A stretch of 64,000 nt of DNA, taken from positions 1,184,001-1,248,000 of the forward strand of contig OY843584.1 of NCBI GenBank assembly GCA_963692915.1, given 5' to 3'. The translations under genes were made by a program, and so were the position numbers. Below are positions 9,668 to 20,100 of this stretch, in pieces; the first letter of the stretch is position 1; the number at the start of each line of letters is the position of its first letter. The stretch is from Cenarchaeum sp. (lineage in GTDB: Archaea; Thermoproteota; Nitrososphaeria; Nitrososphaerales; Nitrosopumilaceae). The notes under the pieces are model-generated. The model was not told the DNA's origin. It saw only the letters and a list, made by a program, of their open reading frames with translations, and searched no databases.

Positions 9668-10297
9668 ATGGCAGACGTCATTGCAAGGATCGACGAGCTC
9701 ATCGAGAGAAAGAGCCTGCTAAAGCACCCGTTCTACCAAAAGTGGTCCGAGGGCTCACTTGACATCGAGTCACTTGCCGGATACTCTAAAGAGTACTATC
9801 AGCTCGCGCGCGCGGTTCCGGACTTTGTTGGCTCGATAGTCAACAACGCGCCGTCTGGCACCGACACTGCAGAGATGGTCAGCGTCATGGACGAGGAGCG
9901 TGAGCACATACCGATGTGGGAGAGGTTTGCCGCATCGCTTGGTGCAGGGCACGAGTCACTCGGAGCTGGAAGACCAAAGACGGTCAAGGCAGTCAGCGCC
10001 CTAGGTGACCTCATGGGAACATTTGAGAGTGGCGCAAGCGCAATGTATGCGCTTGAAAAAGAGATACCAAAGATCAGCCACACAAAGCTTGACGGACTAG
10101 CAGAATTTTACGGCATAACGTCAACAGACGCAACAGAGTACCTAAGGGTTCACACAGAGGCGGACATACGCCACGCCGCAGTCTGGAGCCGCATAGTGTC
10201 AGGGTCGGCAAGCCCCGAGACGGTGGTCACCGTGGCCGACGCGTCACTCGATGCGCAAAACCTGCTCCTTGACAGTTGCTACGAGGCATACTGCTAG
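9668..10297 (+). CDS. CADD/PqqC-like heme-oxygenase-like diiron protein
   Basis: KHPFYQKW, YSKEYY, DEE..H..W, YALE, K..GL..FYG, VHTEADIRH. Confidence 0.85.
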   Translation: MADVIARIDELIERKSLLKHPFYQKWSEGSLDIESLAGYSKEYYQLARAVPDFVGSIVNNAPSGTDTAEMVSVMDEEREHIPMWERFAASLGAGHESLGAGRPKTVKAVSALGDLMGTFESGASAMYALEKEIPKISHTKLDGLAEFYGITSTDATEYLRVHTEADIRHAAVWSRIVSGSASPETVVTVADASLDAQNLLLDSCYEAYC

Positions 10298-10301
10298 CCC
10301 G

Positions 10302-10329
10302 TTGTGGCGTTTCACTCAATCCGCCACAA
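10302..10329 (+). terminator. Inverted repeat after the CADD-like gene (possible terminator hairpin)
   Basis: TTGTGGCG...CGCCACAA 8-bp stem 5 bp after the stop codon. Confidence 0.3.
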
Positions 10330-10807
10330 TTTCCAGTCTGCAAAACCATCACGCTGGCGCGGATCTTGTGACATTCCACCTAGTCGGCAATTTTTGGATT
10401 GCTTAATGTCGTGCGCCAAATGTGCGCAAGTCCTAGCGCAAGGCACCCGGGGCACCGCTGCAGGTTGTGCCCGCCCATGGTCTTGCGCGCAGCCGAACTG
10501 CTCCATACGCCCTCGAGTTCGTCCCGTGTGCCATGCCCTTCGTGCCTGTCGTGCTCCAACAGGGTCGTTGCCCTGGCGTCTTTGTATAATGGGCATGGCC
10601 GCCCATGGGGGTGCTGATGGGCCAGTGTGAGGCGTGTACGCCCATTGGCGCGCACGACCCCTAACGGCCGAGGCGCATGGCGTCACCAGCATACCTGCGC
10701 ATTTCCGCCATGACCCATACGATCCCATGAGCGGGGGACACGTGGCGAGCCATGGGCGTTTGCGCGCGTGTAACATTTTATAGCAGCGCAGCAGCGCGCC
10801 GGATCGT

Positions 10808-10881
10808 GGGCCCGTAACTCAGCTTGGTAGAGTAACCGGCTCATAACCGGTGAGCCACGGGATCGAAGCCCATCGGGCCCA
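10808..10881 (+). tRNA. tRNA-Ile2(CAT) (elongator Met less likely)
   Basis: GGGCCCG acceptor stem, ACCGG-CTCATAA-CCGGT anticodon arm, ATCGAAG T-loop; upstream TTTTATA. Confidence 0.85.
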
Positions 10882-10915
10882 CCTTCGTTAGTTTTAAAGC
10901 GAGCCGTGTGCGCGC

Positions 10916-10985
10916 GCAGCCGGCCGCGATGAGGAATCAGAGTTAACCTGAACTGACTGATGAAAAGGCATTTGACCGAGCTGCC
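10916..10985 (+). ncRNA. Candidate double-guide C/D box sRNA
   Basis: C (GCGATGA), guide, D' (CTGA), C' (CTGATGA), guide, D (CCGA); terminal stem GCAGC/GCTGC; TATA-like TTTTAAA at 10892. Confidence 0.7.
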
Positions 10986-10990
10986 AACGA

Positions 10991-11593
10991 CTATGTGCGC
11001 GTGCGTGCGCGTATCTCGCCCATGACACCATCATCAATCCTGCCGCTCGAGTGGAGCGCGTCGGCAAGCTCTAGTATTGTCGCAACGCTCCGGAGCTCGA
11101 CGCCCTCGCTTCGCAGTGCATCGCCGGCTCCCTCGAGGCGGTCAACTAGGACGATCGCGCCGCTGACGCCGGCGCCGGCCTCGCGAAGTGCGGCGACTGC
11201 GTGCAGGACAGAGCCTCCCGTCGTGGCCACATCATCAACAACCAGGACGCGATCTCCAGATGACACAATGCCCTCTACGGCACGCGAGGTTCCGTGGCCC
11301 TTTGCTGCCTTGCGGACATAGGCCAGCGGCTTTGCTGACTCGATGGCCAGGGCAGACGCAAAGACGAGGCCTCCGGTGGGTATGGAGGCAAGCGAGTCAA
11401 ATGAGCCAAGGCCTCCGAGGGCCTCGATCTCCCCGAGGAGCGCATCGACCATGCGCCTGAATGTCACAGGCGAACCGGGCACGGCACGCATGTCAACATA
11501 GTAGGGGCTCCTCTTGCCGCTAGAGAGCTCAAAGTCGCCGAACTTTAGCGCGCCGAGCCCGTGGAGCGACTCGGCGAACTCTCTAGGCCTCAC
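10991..11593 (-). CDS. pyrE: Orotate phosphoribosyltransferase
   Basis: FELSSGKRSPYYVD, KGHG, VVDDVATTGGS. Confidence 0.95.
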   Translation of the reverse strand: MRPREFAESLHGLGALKFGDFELSSGKRSPYYVDMRAVPGSPVTFRRMVDALLGEIEALGGLGSFDSLASIPTGGLVFASALAIESAKPLAYVRKAAKGHGTSRAVEGIVSSGDRVLVVDDVATTGGSVLHAVAALREAGAGVSGAIVLVDRLEGAGDALRSEGVELRSVATILELADALHSSGRIDDGVMGEIRARTRT

Positions 11594-11647
11594 GCGTGGC
11601 CCGGAGCGCGACGGTTTTATTTTAGTTTGCGCGCGGTCCGGCCGCAG

Positions 11648-12727
11648 ATGCCCGAGATATGGCTCAACTACGGCTCCACGGACACGGTTCTTGACATAAG
11701 GGCCGAGAACCTCGGCGACTCTGTCGGCGCGGCCGGCACTGCCCTGCCGGCCGAGAGCCTCGGCGAGAGGCTAGAGGCCCTCGAGGCCAGAATGCCCCCG
11801 CGCATCGTCATGCTCAATGCGACGCGCGCGACTGCCTCTACCATCGGGGCGCTGCGCGAGCTGTGCGAGTCAAAGTCTACGCCGTTTCCGAGCATTCTCG
11901 CCGAGCGCGCACTAGCCGCGCAGGCCAGGGCCGTTCTGCCCGAGGGCATCGATGTCGCCGAGTTTGATCCTGCCGGCGGGATCGGCGGCGGGATTGCGTT
12001 TCTAGCCGAGGCCGAGCTCGACGGCCTCTTTGGATACGAGACTGTCGCAACAAGGCTCCTGCGACGGTTTGGCGGCGAGTCTATGCACAGGGCATACACA
12101 AGGCGCGCGGGCAACTCGCCGGTTCCCGGACAGGACACGCCATGCATGGAGGAGGCAAAGTCGTTTGCCGCAGGCCTCGACGCTACTGCCATAGAGGTCA
12201 TCGGCGGCGGTGGCGGCATTGGCGAGATTGCCATAGGCAATCCCGCCGAGACTGCAGGTGCAGCAGCGCCCCTCGGCAAGGTGCGCGCTTTGGAATCGTC
12301 GAACCGCGCGATGATCCTGAGCACGGGAAACGCGCACAGCGGCGCGACGCTCTCAAGGGCGCTCCACTCGCTGTGGAGCTGCGCACAGGCAGTGCCCGGC
12401 GGTGGCCTCGTCGTCCTCCTCGCCGAGTGCTCCGGTGGCCTAGGCTCCGAGACCCTGCGCAGGTTCGTCGAGGGACGCATGACCGTCGAGCGCACAAAGC
12501 GACCGCCCACATACATGGATGGCATGGAGGATCTCCTCTACCTAGCCGAAGCGCGCGAGCGCATGGCCGTCGCGCTAGTCTCGACTATTCCTGACCTCTA
12601 TACTAGGAGGCTCTGGATGTCGTCGATCGACTCGACAAAGCTCGCACTCGAGCACATACTAAAGAAGGGACCGCGCCAAAAGGTCGCAGTCATCGCAGAC
12701 GGCGCGCACACGCTCCTTAGCACCTAG
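11648..12727 (+). CDS. Degenerate LarA (lactate racemase)-like domain protein
   Basis: N-terminal IWLNYG..LDI..ENL and C-terminal GGLVVLLAECSGGLGS resemble LarA. Confidence 0.6.
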   Translation: MPEIWLNYGSTDTVLDIRAENLGDSVGAAGTALPAESLGERLEALEARMPPRIVMLNATRATASTIGALRELCESKSTPFPSILAERALAAQARAVLPEGIDVAEFDPAGGIGGGIAFLAEAELDGLFGYETVATRLLRRFGGESMHRAYTRRAGNSPVPGQDTPCMEEAKSFAAGLDATAIEVIGGGGGIGEIAIGNPAETAGAAAPLGKVRALESSNRAMILSTGNAHSGATLSRALHSLWSCAQAVPGGGLVVLLAECSGGLGSETLRRFVEGRMTVERTKRPPTYMDGMEDLLYLAEARERMAVALVSTIPDLYTRRLWMSSIDSTKLALEHILKKGPRQKVAVIADGAHTLLST

Positions 12728-12759
12728 GTCACGCGGGTCGCCGTCTGTCCAGGCTCCCC

Positions 12760-13863
12760 CTAAATGAGACCCGTGAGGGGCACCAGAATCGCGTCCGGGA
12801 GGGGCGCGCACAGGAACGCCATGACCGCCATTGCCGCAAATGCGGCCTTTCTTCCGGCAGGCAGGGGCGAGACGTCATCGAGCGGCTCGGCGCCGGGGCT
12901 CCTCATCGAGAGCACCACGATGAGTATGGCCATCGGATAGTAGCCGAGTGCGGCGAGAACTGCGATGCTGCCGTACGTCGCATATCGGTGCGCCTTGCGC
13001 CCGAGAAGAACCCTTGCCATGTGGCCGCCGTCGAGCTGCCATGCTGGCAGCATGTTGAGAAACGTGATGAAAAACCCAACCCACGCCGCAAATATGACCG
13101 GCGTGACTATGATCGTCATGCCGTCGCCACCGTTGCCAAACGCCTCAAGGGCAGCATACATCAGTAGTGGCTGGCCGAGCATCCATGGGTCGAGCTCCAT
13201 CAGTCTGGCTTCCTCGTTCGTTATCGCCGGCGCAGTCGCCGCGCCGGCGACCATGACGATGATTGCGACGGCGAGGCCGGCGATCGGGCCGGCGATCGCG
13301 ACATCAAAGAGTATCCTCCTGTTCACCGTCACGCCGCGTGACTGGATAAATGCGCCAAACGTCGGTATGCCGATGATCGGCAGGCCGGGTATAAAGTATG
13401 GCCATGTCGTCCGGAGGCGGTGGTGCCATGATGCGGCCAGGTGCCCAAGCTCGTGCGTTCCGAGTATGCCAAGGAGTGCCAGCGTGTACACTATGGCAAC
13501 CGTTATGGGATCGCCGATATGGGCAATCTCGTTTGTCGCCTGAGCCTTGTGAGCGCCATCAACCATGACAAAGGCGACGACGACGGCAAAGAGTGCGCGC
13601 GGAACCCACGGTGACGTGAAAAAGAAGCCCTGCGAGCGCTGTTCTACGCGCTGGGCCAGTATGTTCGTCTGTCCTGCGCCTGACTCGACCCTGCAGACGA
13701 CATCGGTCCCGTCTAGCATGCGCGTCAGGCTCACAAACTTCTCCTCAATGTCGCTCTCGGCGACGCTGATTCTCACAATCCCGTTCTCTTCGGAGACCGA
13801 GTCGACAGTCATCAGCGAGGAGACCATGTCTACCACATCCTGGGCACTCGGGCTCCTCACCAC
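12760..13863 (-). CDS. Site-2 protease (peptidase M50)
   Basis: HELGH, IAGP, NMLPAWQLDGGH; start inferred. Confidence 0.9.
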   Translation of the reverse strand: MVRSPSAQDVVDMVSSLMTVDSVSEENGIVRISVAESDIEEKFVSLTRMLDGTDVVCRVESGAGQTNILAQRVEQRSQGFFFTSPWVPRALFAVVVAFVMVDGAHKAQATNEIAHIGDPITVAIVYTLALLGILGTHELGHLAASWHHRLRTTWPYFIPGLPIIGIPTFGAFIQSRGVTVNRRILFDVAIAGPIAGLAVAIIVMVAGAATAPAITNEEARLMELDPWMLGQPLLMYAALEAFGNGGDGMTIIVTPVIFAAWVGFFITFLNMLPAWQLDGGHMARVLLGRKAHRYATYGSIAVLAALGYYPMAILIVVLSMRSPGAEPLDDVSPLPAGRKAAFAAMAVMAFLCAPLPDAILVPLTGLI

Positions 13864-14090
13864 AGTGAGCCCCGCGCGCGTGCGGCAATTAATGGCTTTT
13901 GGGCAGCTCACACGGCTACGCGCGGCCAGGGGCACGATATGGGGTTTCCCGCTGGGCACCAGCAGACCCCCATGGCCCGGGAGCCAGATCGCCGGAGGGC
14001 AGCAGGGCATTGCCACGGTGACGCCCGCCGTCAGGGCAGTCCGGCGGGCAGGTGGATGCGGATCCGCAGGACTGCCGAATTGCCTTCATA

Positions 14091-14100
14091 CTTTAAATAA
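14091..14100 (+). promoter_or_regulatory. TATA box of atpK
   Basis: CTTTAAATAA about 30 bp before the ATG, in GC-rich context. Confidence 0.55.
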
Positions 14101-14124
14101 GGACATTCTGGGGGCGGTTTGAAA

Positions 14125-14427
14125 ATGAAGCGCGCAATGCCTGTTATCCTGACCCTAGTGGCGCTTTCGATCGCATCCTTTGCAGGAACCGCGCACGCAC
14201 AGGGCGCAGGCGAGGACTCTACTGGATTAAAGCTCTTTGGCGCAGGCCTAGCCTTTGGCCTGGCCGCCTTTGGGGCCGGAATCGGCCTCGGGCAGGTGGG
14301 CGCAGCGGGTCTGGCCGTCATTAGCGAAAACCCCGCTCTCCAGTCAAAGGTCTTCATATTCGTCGGCATGGTCGAGTCAATCGCGATATACGGCATCGTC
14401 ATGATGTTCATCATACTCGGCCAATAG
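14125..14427 (+). CDS. atpK: A/V-type ATP synthase subunit K (c)
   Basis: GAGIGLG, ISENP, MVESIAIYG (ion-binding Glu); signal-peptide-like N-terminus. Confidence 0.93.
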   Translation: MKRAMPVILTLVALSIASFAGTAHAQGAGEDSTGLKLFGAGLAFGLAAFGAGIGLGQVGAAGLAVISENPALQSKVFIFVGMVESIAIYGIVMMFIILGQ

Positions 14428-14544
14428 GCCAGTCCAACTTTTGCCCACCAGATCTTTGATTCTCGGCACGATTTTTCCCACAGGCGAGACCTAGCCTCCC
14501 GCGCCGATTTGTTCCAGATCGCCCATTATGACGTGCTGCGCGCC

Positions 14545-15009
14545 CTAGCTCCGGTACTGGAGCCTCTCGTTGTCGAGAATGCGGTCACAGTAGCGGCACT
14601 TTAGGACGCGGCCGTCCCTGTCGATGACGTCCATGACTGACTCGATGGGCTCGCCGCTGTTGGTGACACAGTCGGGGTTTGTGCACATGAATATGCGCCC
14701 AATGGCATCAGGCAGCGAGGCTCGCCTCTTTTCGACTAGGCGATACGAGCGCACTATATTGACAGTCGCCCGGGGGGCGATGACTGCGAGCTTGCTCGTG
14801 TCATCGTCCTTGAGGAGGACGCCCTCGACCTTTATGATGTCCTTTTTGCCGTGCTTTGCGCTAGGCACGTTGAGCGCGACGGTGACCGTGTCGCCGTTCT
14901 TGCCGTCGATGCCCAGGGCAGAGGCGACGCGCAGTCCCCTGCCGGCATCGATATGGTCGATCACGGTGCCCTCGCGGATGCGCCTCACGGTCAGCTCTGA
15001 CTCGTCCAT
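14545..15009 (-). CDS. pyrI: Aspartate carbamoyltransferase regulatory chain
   Basis: GTVIDHI, KKDIIKVE, CTNPDC, CRYC. Confidence 0.95.
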   Translation of the reverse strand: MDESELTVRRIREGTVIDHIDAGRGLRVASALGIDGKNGDTVTVALNVPSAKHGKKDIIKVEGVLLKDDDTSKLAVIAPRATVNIVRSYRLVEKRRASLPDAIGRIFMCTNPDCVTNSGEPIESVMDVIDRDGRVLKCRYCDRILDNERLQYRS

Positions 15010-15048
15010 GGCAAGAGTTTGTATAAGTGCCCGTATATATGGTGCGCC

Positions 15049-15975
15049 ATGAGCCTGCATGGGAGAGACGTCATATCGGTTCGTGACCTGGGTCGCGAAG
15101 GTCTCGAGGACGTCTTTGCGGCAACGGATCGCATCATGGAGATGCCCGACGCGCAGCGCCGCCTCCTCTGCGCAGGCAAGTCGCTAGGATACCTTTTCTT
15201 TGAGCCGAGCACAAGGACGCGCCTGAGCTTTGAGGCCGCAATGGCATCTGTCGGCGGGACGTCACTTGGCATATCGGACTCGGCATCCTCGTCTGCGCAA
15301 AAAGGCGAGTCGCTCTCCGACATGGTTCGCATAATGTCGATATATTCGGACGCCCTGGTCTTGCGCCACTCACTTGACGGCTCGAGCAGGTTTGCCGCCG
15401 AGGTCTCTGAGCGCCCTGTCATCAACGGCGGCAGCGGAACCGAGGAGCACCCCACGCAGGCGATACAGGACCTCTACACCATGCGCCGCGAGCGCGGCAG
15501 GATTGACGGGCTCACCGTTGGCATCGTCGGTGATCTAAAGTACGGCCGGACAGTCTACTCGCTCCTCCACGCGCTTGGCAACTATGACGTAAAGGTTCAC
15601 CTAGTCTCCCCCGAGTCGCTGCGCATACGGTCAGACTCTGTATACGAGATACGCCAAAAGATGGATCTCGCCGAGTCGACTAGCCTCAATGACTGCATCG
15701 ACGCACTAGACGTCGTGTACGTCACGCGCGTGCAGCGTGAGCGCTTTCCGGACAGTGAAGAGTACCAAAAGGTTCGCGGTAGCTATGTCATCGGCACGGA
15801 CATGCTCCAAAAGATGAAGAGCGAGGCGATCATCATGCACCCCCTCCCGCGCCTCGACGAGATAGCCACAGAGGTCGACTCGTCGCCGGCGGCGCGCTAC
15901 TTTGAGCAGGCGCGCTATGGCATGCACACGCGCGCGGCCCTCCTCGCGCTGATTCTCGGCGACTGGAAGGCCTAG
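15049..15975 (+). CDS. pyrB: Aspartate carbamoyltransferase catalytic chain
   Basis: FFEPSTRT, HPTQ, HPLPR. Confidence 0.97.
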   Translation: MSLHGRDVISVRDLGREGLEDVFAATDRIMEMPDAQRRLLCAGKSLGYLFFEPSTRTRLSFEAAMASVGGTSLGISDSASSSAQKGESLSDMVRIMSIYSDALVLRHSLDGSSRFAAEVSERPVINGGSGTEEHPTQAIQDLYTMRRERGRIDGLTVGIVGDLKYGRTVYSLLHALGNYDVKVHLVSPESLRIRSDSVYEIRQKMDLAESTSLNDCIDALDVVYVTRVQRERFPDSEEYQKVRGSYVIGTDMLQKMKSEAIIMHPLPRLDEIATEVDSSPAARYFEQARYGMHTRAALLALILGDWKA

Positions 15976-16281
15976 GCGAACAGACTCCCCGCATGACTGA
16001 GGCTACCGCATATGTCAAGATGCCGCACCGGCTTGTGCCCGAACGTGCAGGGTGCAGTCAGCCCGAGATGGCCCGGAGTGCGACACGGCTCTTGGGGTCG
16101 GCAAGGGCTTGCTCGCATGATGGCATCAGGGGCGCGTTCGCCTGTCTTCTGCCACGTTCGTACAGTCATGTAAGCGGGGACGTCTAGAGGCGCCGAGACA
16201 AGCGGGGTGGGCAAGATGCGACAGTTTAGGCTGGAGATCGTAGGCGCCAATCACGCCTGATGGATCCAAAAACAGTTAAAA

Positions 16282-16440
16282 ATGGAGCCTGACAACACCC
16301 CCACGTTGGATGACGACGAGAGGATGAAGAAGGCGAGGGAAAGGGTCGCCAAGATGGAGCTGGGCGGTCCAAAGTTTGCGTCACTGGAAGAATACATGCG
16401 CGGACAGGCACCTGACTATAAACCCGAAAAGCAGGAGTGA
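16282..16440 (+). CDS. Small charged hypothetical protein (52 aa)
   Basis: MEPDNTPTLDDDERMKKARERVAKMELGGPKFASLEEYMRGQAPDYKPEKQE; stop overlaps the next start (GTGA). Confidence 0.5.
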   Translation: MEPDNTPTLDDDERMKKARERVAKMELGGPKFASLEEYMRGQAPDYKPEKQE

Positions 16441-17072
16441 CAATGGCGCCAGAGTCAGACTCGAACGACAGATCTGATGAACTGCTCTCTGATGAACTAA
16501 AAGACACCATTGAGTCACACCGGTGGTCCTTAACGAACCTAATTTCAAAAGCAAAATCACACCTCTCCACAGGTGCGCTAGTGTTAAGCATAGTAATTAG
16601 TGGGATGTTGGGGTTTTCCGGATTTTTTGGCGGTGACTCAAACAGATTTCAAAGCTTGGAAGAGCTGCAAGTAGGGACAGGATATATTGTGGTACTCCTC
16701 GGGGTTGGATGCCTTGTAATAATTTCACTGTCCATACGTAATTCTGTGAACGCCCTAAGAGTAATCGACACTGCAAGTCCACTCACATACAAGAACTTTG
16801 CAAGGGATATGGACGGAACCGGAGATATTGATGAAGGTGTGGTAGAGGCATTAGCAACACTGCCCAAAAAAGATCTATACAAAAAGATTCACAAAGCGCA
16901 CATTAGAATACTAAAGAACCTAGAGATAGTCGGAGCAAGAATGGCCAAACATACAAGAAAGGGTCAACGATACCTCATGGTTGGCCTATGGCTTGGAGTC
17001 GCAGCGGCAATAGTCGTTTTGACTACGCCAGCCATGGCGCACATATGCACATATCTGCCAATGTGCACATAA
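16437..17072 (+). CDS. Hypothetical 3-TM membrane protein, lower GC than host
   Basis: 211-aa ORF with three hydrophobic segments and A-rich codon usage. Confidence 0.7.
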   Translation: MTMAPESDSNDRSDELLSDELKDTIESHRWSLTNLISKAKSHLSTGALVLSIVISGMLGFSGFFGGDSNRFQSLEELQVGTGYIVVLLGVGCLVIISLSIRNSVNALRVIDTASPLTYKNFARDMDGTGDIDEGVVEALATLPKKDLYKKIHKAHIRILKNLEIVGARMAKHTRKGQRYLMVGLWLGVAAAIVVLTTPAMAHICTYLPMCT

Positions 17073-17143
17073 CAAGACATAAAATGAACGGCGGGAAGGC
17101 ATGATCGCAATATGCAGAACGCGTTGGTCTACTTGATCGCACA

Positions 17144-20100
17144 CTACCTGCCCGCATCTCGCGTGGTCGGCGTATAGACGACTGTCGGTGTGACCGACGT
17201 ACCGCCAAAGTCGCCGTGCATGAGGGCAAACCCCATGGCCCCCGAGAGGCGCAGTGCGCGCACAAACTCACCAGAGGCACCATCTGCGACCCCCACGGCT
17301 GCCTCACCGTTGACAAGCCACTCGGCGGCCACAATGTCCCCGCTCACCGGCTCGTCGATAGTCACCAAGGTGACAGTCGCCGATGCCGTGTGCGCCGATG
17401 TGACTGTCGGTGGGCTGGTGTCGATCTCTATTGCGCCAGAGGCGCCCTGCACCACAGTCACCATCGCGCCTGTCGAGCCGTCAATCGCAGTGACCTCAAA
17501 GGTGAACGGGCCGGAGGCCGCACCACCCACCACCCTGTGCACGTACGTCCAAGTCTGCCGATAGTCCTCTGGCGCGTCGACCATTGTGTGCGCAGCGCCG
17601 CCGAGGACGGAGATTGTCGGGTCTGCGCTGATGCTAGCCGGCTCGTTGAGCGTTGCCGTGATGACAATGTCGTGGCCTGGACCTGCTATGCGCGCGCCCT
17701 GGCCGCCCCGCTGCACCTTTGGCGTCTGCGTGCTGTCGTCATCGTCCTCCACCACAATGGCCGAGACGGCAACGGTGAGCGCAGTAGTCTCGGTGCCGGC
17801 CGGAATTGTTCCAGAGACTGCAGTCGACATGCGCGGCAGGTACGCCTGGCACACCGGCTCCACAGTGTCGCTGTGCAGGCATGTTCGCTCTGTCTCAAAG
17901 TTTGGCGTGCCGACCGGAACGTATCGCACAGTAGGAGTGGCGTCTGCTGGCTGAGCCGAGGTGGCCGGAAGTGTGAGGGACATGCTCATACCGTCATCAG
18001 AGAGGTCATGGGATGCAAACACTAGGTGACGCGCGACGTCACCGGTCGCATCTGGAAACGTCGATGGCGTCAGGTCTATTATCCAGCTCGACGGCGTGGA
18101 TTCGGCAAATCCCAGCAGCCGTTCTGTGAACGTGACTGTCATCGTTGTTGGTGACGTGAGCGCCGCTGTAAATGCCGGAACGGTGTTCGTGCCAAATCGA
18201 AACGGAATATTCACAAGCTGCGGGTTGTCAGCCGGTGTCAGGTCACCGGCAACATGCCTCTTTAGCGTCGTGGGGATGGTGACCGTGTGCGACGGAGCCG
18301 ATGGTCTTGTCGCATCGAGCTGGATTGAGATGTACGATCCATCAGCCTCGGCGGCGCTGACGGTTCCGTCAAACGCAGCTCCTATGGCGGCGTCGGACGG
18401 CAGCGCGCCGCGCTCAGGCATCACGCGCAGCGTCCCCCACGGACCGTCCGTGCGCGAGGCCGGATGCGGCGGGTCAGCAAGCGTCCGGCGATCAGGGGCG
18501 TTGCCTGGAAAGTAGACTAGCACGCGCGAGGCGTCCGGTGAGGCATCAGACGGGATGATGCGCAGTGACACGGACTCTTGCGAGCCGGCAAACGCAGAGC
18601 CGTCTGAGCCCATTATCGTCGGCGGCAGGCGGACAGAGTACGCGACATCGCCTCTGGCCTCGTACGTGCTGCCACGCTCATCGACGAGCGAGACGACTAG
18701 CGTGCGCGGGCCGTCAGGTGCGACCCTGTTGGCTATGGGAAGCGGCGGGATCGGCAGGCATTGGGGCGGGAGGCTGCCCTGTGCAGAGCACGCGGGATCC
18801 TCGGGCATGTCCGGCGGCGCCTCGCCCCGCACGACGTCAAGCGAGGAGGGCACCGAGGAGTGGTCGACATCGGCACCAAAGAGGACGCGAATCTCGCCAT
18901 ATGCGGCAAACTCGGCACTCACCACACGGGGCGGGCCGGCCACCGGCACGGTCACCGGCGAGGCCAGCGCGTTTGCGGGCTGCGCGGTGTCCACTATGGA
19001 GAGCCGTCGTATCGTGTCAGCCGGCGCGTACCTTATCGACACCCCCTCGCCGAGCGTCGCGTGATCGGTGGCAGTCGCACCTAGCGTGACTGTGCGTCGC
19101 GCAAGGTCCACCATAACTGATGATGGCACGATTCCCCCGGGGCTCGACTCGGAGACGAGGCGCCAGTCATCTGCAATGGGGGCAGACTTGCCTTGCGCGA
19201 GCATGACGGCCTCGCTGAACGTGACTATATAGGATGGCGCAGACTCGTCAAACGGGTCAGCACGGTGCGCCGTAAACTCTGGGAGCGCACCGTCTGTGGC
19301 CAGTGTGTCAAAGACACGAAGTGGCAGGTGGCCTGTTCTCGACAGGCTGTCAGAGACATCAGAGTATATCACGCGCGGCTTCTGGCCGGTCGAGTCTAGC
19401 GCACTGTGTGTTATGGTCATCGTTGTGACCGGCGAGCCCTGTGGTATCGTGTGCGCAGAGCTCGCAGTGACCATCGACGTCCCGACATGTATGGCATCAA
19501 TTGCGCCATCGACAATGTTGTCATCGTCGTGATCCATGGACCAGTCACCAATCTCGATCGTTCCGGACACTGCAGGAGTGAACGTGACGACTGTCATAGT
19601 CGCCGTCGCCGTCCGTGCGCTGAACGGGACAGTGTACGTGGCCTGGCGCGTGAGCGCCTCGCCTAACGTGTTGGGAGTTGGGGACGCCGCGTCGCGCACG
19701 CCAGTCGAGAACGTCAGCATTGGCGAGCCCTCCCTGCGCTGCGGCACGACGTACGCCACAAGCTCGCGACCCTCGGACTCTACGCCGGTGATCATGTACG
19801 GCGCCGAGATGGCGACCCAGTCCAGTGACGCGCTGCCCAGCGGCTCGCTGAACGTGGCGGTGACCTGGAGGCCATACGCGTCAAACCCGTGGGACACCAG
19901 GGTAGGCGGCGCGCCATCACGGGCCATCACGGGCAGCGCGCCAGTCGAGCCCACGCGCAGCGTGCTGTCCTGCCCGCCGCTCAGGCCACCAGAGGCAGGA
20001 GCGGTGTACGACACCTCTGGCGTCGAGGCAGTCGAGCCAAGCTCGCCATGGAATATCGTGAGCGTCGAGCGTGGTGACTGGCCGGGGATGGCAAGGGATT

